Assembly (NCBI GenBank): GCA_050179755.1
Contig: JBFXEV010000001.1
Location: 73,994 to 137,993 of the forward strand
From: Candidatus Babeliales bacterium
Lineage (GTDB): Bacteria > Babelota > Babeliae > Babelales > JBFXEV01
Direction of reading: 5' to 3'
DNA length: 64,000 bases
A model generated the notes under the pieces. The model was given only the letters and a program-made list of their open reading frames with translations. It had not been told where the DNA came from and ran no database searches. Every line of letters starts with the position of its first letter. Position 1 is the stretch's first letter. The position numbers were made by a program, and so were the translations under genes. Below are positions 9,395 to 19,595 of this stretch, in pieces.

Positions 9395-10107
9395 TACTCA
9401 TCCCTTTTCTTTAATTTTTCGACTGGCATATTGCACGTTTGGCAGCGCTCTTTAAGCAATAAAAGTGCTTCATCAATATCGTCAGTCACATGGATTAAAT
9501 TAATATCGTCGTTAGTAATGAGCCCCTCATGCAAAGCGCTTTTATGCATCCATTCTATAAAATGCTTCCAATAGTCTTTGCCAAACAGCACAACCGGTAC
9601 ACCAGGCAGTTTTTTTGTATGAATTAGCGTAATAACTTCCGCAAACTCATCTAAGGTGCCAAATCCCCCAGGAAACACAGCAAATGCCACTGAGTAATTA
9701 ATCATAAGCCATTTGCGCGCAAAAAATTCAGGCATAATAAAGTATTCTTGGGCACATTCCTGCGCCATCTTTTCTCCCAAACCTTCCACAGTAATACCAA
9801 TAGAACGGGCTGTTATACCCTCTCGTATTTGATGCGTTGCACCACATCCTGCTGCGCGCATGATGCCTGGTCCTCCCCCCGTAATAACGGAAATATTTTC
9901 TTGAATTAATCTATGAGCAAGTTGATGTGCAAGCTGAGCGTACGTACTGTTATGCGGCAAAAGGTGACCTCCAAATATGGTCACGACCGGCCTTGGAAGT
10001 TTACCTAATCTCCAAGCGCCTCTGAGCATTTGCACAAAAACAGTACCTAATTGCCAGGTAACTTTCAAGCAAAAACCAATACGTTTAAAAATAGATAACA
10101 TTGCCAA
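9394..10107 (-). CDS. LOG family nucleotide phosphoribohydrolase (TIGR00730-like)
   Basis: VTIFGG, ITGGGPGIM, FFARK, FPGGFGTLDE. Confidence 0.9.
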   Translation of the reverse strand: MAMLSIFKRIGFCLKVTWQLGTVFVQMLRGAWRLGKLPRPVVTIFGGHLLPHNSTYAQLAHQLAHRLIQENISVITGGGPGIMRAAGCGATHQIREGITARSIGITVEGLGEKMAQECAQEYFIMPEFFARKWLMINYSVAFAVFPGGFGTLDEFAEVITLIHTKKLPGVPVVLFGKDYWKHFIEWMHKSALHEGLITNDDINLIHVTDDIDEALLLLKERCQTCNMPVEKLKKRDE

Positions 10108-10160
10108 GAACTCCTTTTGTTCATCGCAGCTATTTTTAGAAATTATAGAGTCAAATAAGT

Positions 10161-10583
10161 TTATAGCACCATGAACCCCATGCCCATAAGCAAGAGTACT
10201 GAACCGATAATAGATTTCCAGGTTACTGCTTCACCCAAAAAAACCATAGCCAAATATATGATAAAAACAATTGAAAGTTGATCAAGAGATGCTGCACGAG
10301 AAGCTGAAGCATTGCTTACTACCAGGTAATATGAAGCATAATATATTGCTGCAAACAGCGAGCTTGCCACAATATAAGGTACTACTTGCATATCAATGGT
10401 AGAGAATGTAGAAAGCTTATTAGAATAAAAGAGCATGCCCACGAGGACTGCTAGCGTTGCAGATGTTTGTATGACCCCTACCAACGTACTGTCAATGTAA
10501 CGGGTTCCCATTTTATCACAGATTACAACCATTGCTGAACTAAATGCAGAAACTATACCAAGTGGTATCCACACGTCCTTCAT
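10161..10583 (-). CDS. EamA/DMT family transporter (single domain)
   Basis: 140 aa hydrophobic; ASRAASLDQLS..LAMVFLGE. Confidence 0.85.
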   Translation of the reverse strand: MKDVWIPLGIVSAFSSAMVVICDKMGTRYIDSTLVGVIQTSATLAVLVGMLFYSNKLSTFSTIDMQVVPYIVASSLFAAIYYASYYLVVSNASASRAASLDQLSIVFIIYLAMVFLGEAVTWKSIIGSVLLLMGMGFMVL

Positions 10584-10969
10584 ATGCGCCCCCTAATTAT
10601 TGATTGTCTACTTCGCATAAAATCCTAGGTTAAAGTGAACTATTTTTTATTCACAATACTCTATTTAAAAAATAGTGCAATAATATTCTGTCTCATCTGT
10701 CTATCAAATGACCGGACTAGTCTTTTACCTTAAAAGAGGACAGAGTATTTGTTGTTTTTTAAGCTATCTTTGTGTCTTAGATTTTTTGCCACTGCTCTCT
10801 TCATATTAACCTTACTCTTTTATGAGCATTAAAATAAACATATTGATAAAGTTTGCATCAATATGTGAATATGCTACCCTTAAACTGCCTGATATTAAAG
10901 CCATAAGCCCCAAGAAATAACCTGACTTGCAAACCATTGGAGCAAGTACATTCTAGTAGAAAATACGTA

Positions 10970-11794
10970 ATGAACATGAAGCACTTTTTGTATCTTTCTT
11001 TTTTAATCAGCACTCTGCTATCTATCATACCAATTAATGGCCGCGCTCCTGCAGTGCATCTAAACTTCAATATAGGTAGACGGGTTGTTCCGATAAAAGG
11101 AGCTGTTATTGTAGAGGAGGAACTTGAAACTACCGTACGCGATGATGGATCGGGCATTCTCTGGCGAAACACTGCTCTTTATGGCATTAGTGAACATTTG
11201 GGCTTGCGCTTATTTATCCCAGTCTTTTTAAAACGAAAAGTGGGCAATGATATTGCTCGCGGATTAAGTGATATTAGTTTAGAAGCGCTTCTTATTAAAT
11301 TCTTACAACCATACAATGCGGGTATACTTGGTCTTGGTTTTTTTGCTCCAACCGGTAGCATTAAGTCTCGCCCAAATCTTGGCACGGGTAATTACAATCT
11401 TATTTTTACTGCACAATGGATCCATTCCTCTCCCCATTGGTATTGTTCCTTTTTCTTAAGGCCTGTGGGCGCGATTAAACGCCATGGCAGATATGCAGGC
11501 TCAATACTTAACTTTGAATATTTATTTGGTCCCAAATTTATCTTAGGAAACTCAAAGTTGCCGCTTGCAACACTTTTGATATTAGATGGGGCCTACCGAA
11601 AACCCGCAAAAATTAATGGACTGACCGTGCCTAACACTGGAGGCACCGTAGTAATTCTTGGTCCGTTTATTTCAGTGCGCACTGGCCGCATGATAGTTCA
11701 AGGGCGCGTACAATTTCCTATTTTGCAACGCTATAGAGGCACGCAGGAAAAACTTAATTACATAGCAGCAGCTACCGTGCAATATTATTTCTAG
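10970..11794 (+). CDS. Putative outer-membrane beta-barrel (Phenol_MetA_deg/transporter-like), paralog 1
   Basis: Signal peptide, YGISE, RGLSDI, APTG..PNLGTG, C-terminal YYF. Confidence 0.7.
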   Translation: MNMKHFLYLSFLISTLLSIIPINGRAPAVHLNFNIGRRVVPIKGAVIVEEELETTVRDDGSGILWRNTALYGISEHLGLRLFIPVFLKRKVGNDIARGLSDISLEALLIKFLQPYNAGILGLGFFAPTGSIKSRPNLGTGNYNLIFTAQWIHSSPHWYCSFFLRPVGAIKRHGRYAGSILNFEYLFGPKFILGNSKLPLATLLILDGAYRKPAKINGLTVPNTGGTVVILGPFISVRTGRMIVQGRVQFPILQRYRGTQEKLNYIAAATVQYYF

Positions 11795-11801
11795 AGAACA
11801 C

Positions 11802-12632
11802 GTGATGAAAACAGTATCAATTTTTTTAGTTTTGCTTTTTAAAATTCTTACGCTATTTGCGCATGCTGCGGCACATGAACCGATTCCCATCAACGGTAAA
11901 TTCAGCATTGGCAGAGAAACCATCACAAGTAAAGGTTACGGTTCTTATGTTACCGGCTCGCTCATGTTTATAGGTCATGAAGCAAACTTACTATTTTATT
12001 TTAATGCATTTTCTTATGGTATTTCAGAACGTGTAGGTTGCACATTTACCGTGCCTATAGTTTTACATTTCAGAGAAAATAAAGACGTGTCTCGTGGTCT
12101 TTTTGATCTTCGTTTTAACATGCAATGGCATTTGTATAGAAGTGAAAATGAAATTGTAGTACTCAAAACGGGCATGTGGTTTCCTACTGGCGATATATTG
12201 GCTCGACCGCCACTCAGCTTTGGCTCATTTAATCCAACAGTTTATTTGATTGCAGCACATTCTTCTGAACGCTTGTACGCTAATGCGACAGTTGGTAGCG
12301 TTATTACTACCACACGTAAGCACCGTAACACAGGCGGCTTTATTGATTATCATCTAAGCGTAGGGCCCAAATTTCCATTGGACACAAAAAACCATAGCCA
12401 GTTATATGCCTTTTTAGAACTTCAAGGATATTATTTTTTTGCAGCAAAATTTAGAAATGTGCGCGTGCCTAACACCGGTGAGCATTTATTATTTTTAGGC
12501 CCCAGCGTTTCTTATGATAGCGACTTCTTCCAAATACTTGCAAGTATTGGTGTGACCGTACTTGATCATCGCAAAGGCATACAACCGCGTACAGACTTTC
12601 TTGCTCAAATTTGGTTTGGGAGAAGATTTTGA
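11802..12632 (+). CDS. Putative outer-membrane beta-barrel, paralog 2
   Basis: YGISE, RGLFDL, FPTG..PPLSFGS, C-terminal RRF. Confidence 0.7.
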   Translation: MMKTVSIFLVLLFKILTLFAHAAAHEPIPINGKFSIGRETITSKGYGSYVTGSLMFIGHEANLLFYFNAFSYGISERVGCTFTVPIVLHFRENKDVSRGLFDLRFNMQWHLYRSENEIVVLKTGMWFPTGDILARPPLSFGSFNPTVYLIAAHSSERLYANATVGSVITTTRKHRNTGGFIDYHLSVGPKFPLDTKNHSQLYAFLELQGYYFFAAKFRNVRVPNTGEHLLFLGPSVSYDSDFFQILASIGVTVLDHRKGIQPRTDFLAQIWFGRRF

Positions 12633-13459
12633 AAAACCACTTTATTATACATTTTTTTGCACTCTTTTTTGCTGCAATGCTACCGTGCATACTGCATGGC
12701 CGCGATCCCTTCCCCATGAACAGAAAATTTAATATTGGTCAAGATATTATAACCAGTGATGGCTATGGTCTTCTTAATTTAGATAACCCCTATCTTATGC
12801 AACAAAATAATAAAGCTGACATTGGTTTAAGCTGTAGCATATCCTATGGCATCAACAGGTTTCTCGGTATAACATTCTCCGTTCCATTTTTTCTACAACA
12901 TGCAGACAATCCTTACACTTCTCGGGGACTAGGTGACATTTCAACTTTTATGCAATTTCACATGCACCGTACAGAGAATGTTCTGGTGCTATTCAAAGCT
13001 GGCATGCAATTTCCCACCGGAGACACCAACACACGCCCAGCGCTTGGTTCTGGCTCTTTTAACCCACTTGTTAATTTTGAAGCATATTATTCGCCTGATC
13101 GCTTTTTTGCAAGCCTTATTCTTGCAAGCACTATCACCACAACCCGTAACCATAAAAAAGCAGGAACTATTCTTGATTATGAAATTACTCTGGGGCCAAA
13201 ATTCCCCTTGCGCTTTGTAAAAGATTCTTATTTTTATGTATTTCTCGAACTTCAAGGCTTTCATCTTTTTAAGAGTAAGGCATACGGTGAATCAATTCCA
13301 AAAAGTGACGGCCATTTATTATTATTTGGCCCAATTCTTTCCTATGATATAGCAGACTGCCAATATTTACTCAGAATCCAATTTCCTATTGCTCACCGTA
13401 AGTTCGGTACTCATAAAATTGATTATCTTGTTTCCTTATCATTCCAAAAAGACATTTAA
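12611..13459 (+). CDS. Putative outer-membrane beta-barrel, paralog 3 (start possibly TTG 12629)
   Basis: YGIN, RGLGDI, FPTG..PALGSGS. Confidence 0.7.
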   Translation: MVWEKILKNHFIIHFFALFFAAMLPCILHGRDPFPMNRKFNIGQDIITSDGYGLLNLDNPYLMQQNNKADIGLSCSISYGINRFLGITFSVPFFLQHADNPYTSRGLGDISTFMQFHMHRTENVLVLFKAGMQFPTGDTNTRPALGSGSFNPLVNFEAYYSPDRFFASLILASTITTTRNHKKAGTILDYEITLGPKFPLRFVKDSYFYVFLELQGFHLFKSKAYGESIPKSDGHLLLFGPILSYDIADCQYLLRIQFPIAHRKFGTHKIDYLVSLSFQKDI

Positions 13460-13571
13460 AAAAAGTCGATAAAGATACGGCACTGTTCCCTGTACTGTAT
13501 ACTTTCTAGCACTGAAAACGGTATACTAAATAAGAGAGAAATAGTTACAGAACAGCTCTCCATCAAATTTT

Positions 13572-13614
13572 GCAGGGGTATGAAGCTACTTTTAATATTA
13601 CTTCATACCCCTGC
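13572..13614. promoter_or_regulatory. 14-bp perfect inverted repeat of unknown role
   Basis: gcaggggtatgaag-N15-cttcatacccctgc. Confidence 0.45.
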
Positions 13615-13711
13615 CTCCCCCTGTTCATCTGCGCGAGACTTGTCGTACTTAGGTAATAAAATACCCTAAAATGCCACCATCCTTCATCTCTTGATAATTC
13701 CCGCCAGACCC

Positions 13712-13742
13712 CCTGCCCTCCGAAGCTTTAGCGTAGTGGGGC
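13712..13742 (-). repeat. Family B repeat, simple form
   Basis: Reverse complement gccccactacgctaaagcttcggagggcagg resembles 18284-18313. Confidence 0.65.
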
Positions 13743-13822
13743 ACTAGTTATTGCTCTTAACTTTTATCTCCTGCTACTCTAATATCAATAGGGATGTTGA
13801 CTATCTAAAAAAGGAGAATGTC

Positions 13823-14233
13823 ATGGCAAGCCATTTAAATGAAGAATTAATTGCAATTTTAAACGATTGTATCGCAACGACCGAAGGCTGCATTGATGCG
13901 TGCCAAGTGTTAACTGAAAAATGCAGCACAACCGACATTGTAGAATGTGGTGAACAACTTGGTGAATGCCAAGAAGCATGCCAAAACACCATTGATTCTT
14001 GTCATGCAGCTATTGAAGAATGTTCTGATCATATGGGCATCTGCGATGAAGACGATTGTGAAGAGAAATGCTTAGCAGTCATTGAAGCAGCAGAAGAATG
14101 TATTGAATCATGTGAGGAGCTTCTTGAAGCGTGTGATGCTGAATATGAAGATTGCATGGACACGAGCTTTAAAACAATGACCGCGTGTGAAAACTGTGCA
14201 CAAGCTTGTAACGATTGTTTACAAGAAGATTAA
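13823..14233 (+). CDS. Cys-rich acidic four-helix protein, copper storage protein (Csp/DUF326)-like
   Basis: 136 aa from ATG 13823 (AAGGAG RBS); 20 Cys mostly in CxxxC/Cx6C spacing. Confidence 0.75.
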   Translation: MASHLNEELIAILNDCIATTEGCIDACQVLTEKCSTTDIVECGEQLGECQEACQNTIDSCHAAIEECSDHMGICDEDDCEEKCLAVIEAAEECIESCEELLEACDAEYEDCMDTSFKTMTACENCAQACNDCLQED

Positions 14234-14263
14234 AATTGAATATCTCAACAAAAAGGAGATCCT

Positions 14264-14668
14264 ATGATGCATAATTGTAAAAACCTCTATACCGCGTGGT
14301 ATTTGCTATATATTACGTATGGCGTGCTGGCAATTGCAGCAGGGGCGGACAAATTTTTTGATATGCTTGTGTATTGGCCAATATATTTAAACCCTAAAAT
14401 TCCTGCTTTATTTAACATGTCAGCACAACAATTTATGTATGGCGTAGGTATTATTGAAATTCTTGCAGGCCTTCTGGTTTTTGCACGGCCATTTTACGGT
14501 GGTCTTTTAATTGCCGCATGGTTTGGACTGATTATACTCAACTTACTAAGCACCGGCCAATACTTTGATATTGCAGTGCGCGATGTAGGCCTTGTCGTTG
14601 GTGCGCTCGTGTTATCACTTTTAACATTAGAGCTTGCACACCGAGAACATGATCTTTCCCGCAGATAA
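14264..14668 (+). CDS. DoxX-like membrane protein
   Basis: AGADKFF..W..YL, VGIIEILAG, YFDIAVRD. Confidence 0.8.
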   Translation: MMHNCKNLYTAWYLLYITYGVLAIAAGADKFFDMLVYWPIYLNPKIPALFNMSAQQFMYGVGIIEILAGLLVFARPFYGGLLIAAWFGLIILNLLSTGQYFDIAVRDVGLVVGALVLSLLTLELAHREHDLSRR

Positions 14669-14859
14669 AAATAGAAATAATCTTCAAGGCAAGCATAATT
14701 ATGCTTGCCTTTTTTATACACCTCTCTACTCTAATACAGCTCAAATAGCACATTTTTTTATTAATTAATCTGCAAAAATCTTAACTTAACGCTATAAATG
14801 GCGGTATACTAACAGTGTATTCTGATTCAAAAGGCAAAAAACAGCATCAAGAGGCGCTC

Positions 14860-16107
14860 ATGCTCATTCGTACACGCTTTGTGTACCTATGGTTTATTAT
14901 TATATGTTGGGCACCCTGGAAGGCTCTCGCCCATCCTACACCTTGCAATGAGCAACCATGGATCACCATTTTTGTACATGGCATCATTAGCGTAAAACCT
15001 TTTCTTTCGCCCTATAATATTTATATTTTAATGCGAGATGATATTCACGGATCAGTATATGCGCACACTATTTGCCATGCTCGCAAAGATCCTTTTTTTG
15101 AACATTATCATGCTATGCAACAAATAGGTCTTAAAAAAATAGATCTTAATGTTATAGAAAAATCTCGTGCAGCAACTGCTTTTGCTCGTTCATATGACTG
15201 TGTTGCACACTCAATTTCATCGCATGAACACAACACATATTATACTTATGGCTGGTCGGCATTACTCAGCAAAAAATTGTGGAAAGATGAAGGTGAATTA
15301 TTTTACAAAGCATTGTTACAAGAAATTGAAACCTACCGCGCACAAGGAATTCAGCCAAAAATTCGCATTATAGGCTACAGTCATGGTGGCACTATTGCTG
15401 CACATCTTGCCAATGCGTATAACGAAGAAAATACCGCATTTTACGTTGATGAACTCATTTTGCTTGGCATGCCCGGCGTACCTGAAGCCAAAGAATTAAT
15501 ACAAAGCCCACTTTTTAAAAAAATATATCAAATTTATTCACATGGTGATCGCGTGCAAACGCTTGATTTTTTTTCTCTCAATGTAGTCTTTAGCAGAAAA
15601 ACCTTTTTTGGTGGTAAAAACTTACCCGATAATTTTCATCAAATCGGCATAAAATTATACCGCCTTTCATCATCATGTACTGCAAAATGTAAGTATGGCC
15701 ATGCGTGGCCAGCGCCACCACGCCACGTGCGCCCTGCACACCCCGGCCATACAGAATTATGGTCATTTGGATGGGCTGGCGGCTATCGCCAATATTATCC
15801 CTTATACCCATTGCCAATAGGCGTCTTTATACCCTGGTTCATTGAGCTTTCAAAACAATGTAGCGATTGCTCACGCCATATTTCTATCGCCATGCATCCA
15901 TATGCTGAGCATACACAAATCAAATGCCATGATACGCATATAACCTATGATCTACCCGGCTTTGATACAAGTCTTATTGAGCAGATGAAAGAAGACGCAT
16001 TGCAATTCTGCCCTTATGAATACGGAGCGTTAGCCTATGAACAGCATTTAAAAATTGCCATACGCAAAGCAAATGAAGAATTAAAACATCAAGACAAAGC
16101 CGTTTGA
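14860..16107 (+). CDS. Secreted alpha/beta hydrolase-fold protein
   Basis: IFVHG, YGWS, GYSHGG nucleophile elbow; related to 63057-63944. Confidence 0.75.
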   Translation: MLIRTRFVYLWFIIICWAPWKALAHPTPCNEQPWITIFVHGIISVKPFLSPYNIYILMRDDIHGSVYAHTICHARKDPFFEHYHAMQQIGLKKIDLNVIEKSRAATAFARSYDCVAHSISSHEHNTYYTYGWSALLSKKLWKDEGELFYKALLQEIETYRAQGIQPKIRIIGYSHGGTIAAHLANAYNEENTAFYVDELILLGMPGVPEAKELIQSPLFKKIYQIYSHGDRVQTLDFFSLNVVFSRKTFFGGKNLPDNFHQIGIKLYRLSSSCTAKCKYGHAWPAPPRHVRPAHPGHTELWSFGWAGGYRQYYPLYPLPIGVFIPWFIELSKQCSDCSRHISIAMHPYAEHTQIKCHDTHITYDLPGFDTSLIEQMKEDALQFCPYEYGALAYEQHLKIAIRKANEELKHQDKAV

Positions 16108-16886
16108 TATCTATCCAAACGGTTAAAAAATCCTGGTAACCATTGTTTTTCATGAGCCTTGTCAACAGGAGCATGTGACACACGATTTGTTAACACTGCT
16201 TTAGCCGCTTGCACAAACTGCGCAACAGCATCTTCTTTATGAGTAGTTTCCATTGTTTGTAACACTTGCAATAAACCCCATGCCACGTTATTATACCGTT
16301 CTTTAGGATCAATACCCGCACCTTTAAAATTCAAGTAATCAAGCAATGCAAAGATTCCTTGTGGTGATTGCATAAGTAAGGTGTAATTTGCAGTTATCTT
16401 TTGTTGCTCTGATGCAAGAGCTTGCTTTTGTATATCAGGCCACATACGTTCAAATCGATCAATAATAAAATCTACTTGCACATGCATAGTGCTATACATC
16501 AGTGCCTTAAGCTCCTCAATTTGTTGTTGATGCTCAGGCTTTAAAAACTCTGCTCGTGTTGACCACGGAGCATAATGCGCATTTTGCAACCAAGCAGGCA
16601 TATGAACTAAATTTTTTTTAAAATACTGCAATAATTCGGGAAAAGTTTGTGTGTATTGTTCTTTACAATTTTCTGGAAACCAAATAAAGTGGCATATGCC
16701 AAGTGAGGGGAAATTTTCATTCTGATTCCAAAAAACCAATTTGTCATAATGTCCACTTGCCTCATTAAACCAAATGCGCTCAGCAATTTCCTTTTTCTGT
16801 GCTGGAGTAAGATTAATCTGCAAGGTCTGACTGGCAGTGCAATAAAAAAATAACATACACCATACGTAATATTTTAAAGTATTCAT
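16089..16886 (-). CDS. Secreted hypothetical protein (possible lysozyme-like fold)
   Basis: Signal peptide; IWFNE, WNQNENFPSLGICHFIW, DYLNFKG, WGLLQVL. Confidence 0.7.
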   Translation of the reverse strand: MNTLKYYVWCMLFFYCTASQTLQINLTPAQKKEIAERIWFNEASGHYDKLVFWNQNENFPSLGICHFIWFPENCKEQYTQTFPELLQYFKKNLVHMPAWLQNAHYAPWSTRAEFLKPEHQQQIEELKALMYSTMHVQVDFIIDRFERMWPDIQKQALASEQQKITANYTLLMQSPQGIFALLDYLNFKGAGIDPKERYNNVAWGLLQVLQTMETTHKEDAVAQFVQAAKAVLTNRVSHAPVDKAHEKQWLPGFFNRLDRYQTALS

Positions 16887-16960
16887 AGCATCTCCCCTAA
16901 TATGACTAATCATATGTACAGAGTACTATAAATTGAGAACTGTATACAACCAACGAGTAA

Positions 16961-17743
16961 TTAGTGGGAAAGTTGTGACCATATTTTCAAAAAATCACCC
17001 ATTGCAAGTTGCTGTGCGCGCTTGCCAAGCAACTCATCATCAAAGCGTGAAAGATCATAATGCGTTTGCGCTAAATTATTGCGCAAAGTTCTCCTTGGCT
17101 GGCGAAAGCACACCTTTATAAATTTCCAAAATTGTTCCTCATTTGGAATTTCCACCAAGTCAGTTTTAGGCTTAAAATAAATTAAGCGAGAGAATACTTT
17201 TGGTGCAGGATAAAAAGCTGAAGGAGGAATCTTAGTAAGTAACTTAAGCTCAAAAAAGTATTGAAAATAAAGCGATATAAAGCCATACCCTTTGCCAGAC
17301 TTTTTAACAAGCTTTTGCGCAACTTCCTCTTGAAGCATCACCACACCTTCTTTTAAAAGATGTCTGCTTTCTTGGAACTTATGTAAAATAGGAAACGTTA
17401 CGTTATACGGCAAATTAGCAAGTACCGTCCAAGGAGCATGAGGCTCTAAACGCGCCATATCAAGATCTAAAAAGTTTTCCTGATAAACCGTTAGACGCTG
17501 ATCTTTGAATTTATTGCGCACAAAACCCGCCCATTCAGGGTCAATTTCAAATACCCATAAACGGGCTATAGGAGTTTGCAAGATTGCTTGCGTTAAAAAG
17601 CCGTCACCACAGCCGATCTCAAAAACAGACGTGTTTTTATCTATTGCTACGGCATCTAGCATTACATTGAGGACCGCTTGATCACGCAAGAAATGTTGGC
17701 CGTATTGTTTTTTAATGACTATGTTGTGGGAGGTTTTTACCAT
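16961..17743 (-). CDS. rsmA: 16S rRNA adenine dimethyltransferase
   Basis: YGQHFL, EIGCGDG, FEID, ANLPYN. Confidence 0.95.
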   Translation of the reverse strand: MVKTSHNIVIKKQYGQHFLRDQAVLNVMLDAVAIDKNTSVFEIGCGDGFLTQAILQTPIARLWVFEIDPEWAGFVRNKFKDQRLTVYQENFLDLDMARLEPHAPWTVLANLPYNVTFPILHKFQESRHLLKEGVVMLQEEVAQKLVKKSGKGYGFISLYFQYFFELKLLTKIPPSAFYPAPKVFSRLIYFKPKTDLVEIPNEEQFWKFIKVCFRQPRRTLRNNLAQTHYDLSRFDDELLGKRAQQLAMGDFLKIWSQLSH

Positions 17744-17904
17744 GAAAGGGTATTTTTTCGTTATTTTAAGGCTTAAAAGTAATATTTTTATTGTAACTGT
17801 CATTCAAGGTGATGGCAAATTTAGTTTAAAGTTGAAAGAGATAGTTCTTTCCTTCGTTCCTTCTCGGCCGCTTATTCATGGATTATCGCTTACGCTGCGC
17901 GCCT

Positions 17905-17993
17905 ACCCGGCGGGGGCAAACTGTTTTTCTTGTCAAAAACAGTTTAACCAAAAGGACAAATAAGGGGTTTAGGCAACCCCTGTATTTAACCCC
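17905..17993. repeat. Structured two-hairpin intergenic element (family C)
   Basis: aaactgttttt/aaaaacagttt then aggggtt/aacccct. Confidence 0.5.
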
Positions 17994-18283
17994 GCCTTAT
18001 GCTTAAGACAGCTATTATAACATACATTAAGCAATACCTTCTTTCAGTCCTTAACTTACGAAATAAACCGTTCCCAGTTTCGGGTTTTGACACACCGCCT
18101 CTCAAATAGCTAAACAAATTGGGACATACCTAAAATCTATTGGAATAACTCCTTGGCCATTTAGCCCGGACTCTTAGCATCTTTTTTGCATTCCAAAAAA
18201 GTGCGCCGGAGGAGGATCTAAATGCCGGATACATAAGACTGGAAGTCTTATGTGCCCTTTTAATTCAAAAACCTTTTTGGCAA

Positions 18284-18387
18284 TCCTCCTACGCCAAGGC
18301 TCCGGCGGACAGGGAAAAAAACTAAAGTGCGGCGACAGCCCGACGTAGCTTGCCGAGCCTGGAGGCCCGGATAAGCGTAAGCGGGGC
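18284..18387. repeat. Two oppositely oriented family B repeats
   Basis: tcctcctacgccaaggctccggcggacagg on +; expanded copy on - at 18344-18379. Confidence 0.75.
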
Positions 18388-18511
18388 AGCGCCTCAAAGT
18401 AAACAATTGGAATATGAGTGTACGACTTGTCCAGGAAAATCTTAAGTACGACAACAAAAAAGCGCCTCTCGTTAAAGAAGCGCTCTTACGAAAAATATCT
18501 AAATCAAAAAT

Positions 18512-19576
<1,065 letters not shown>

Positions 19577-19595
19577 TCAGTTAAAATGACCCATA

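Noticed and set aside
17715..18457. ORFs 17715-17963 and 18260-18457
   Set aside because: Run through repeats or overlap rsmA; no recognisable motif
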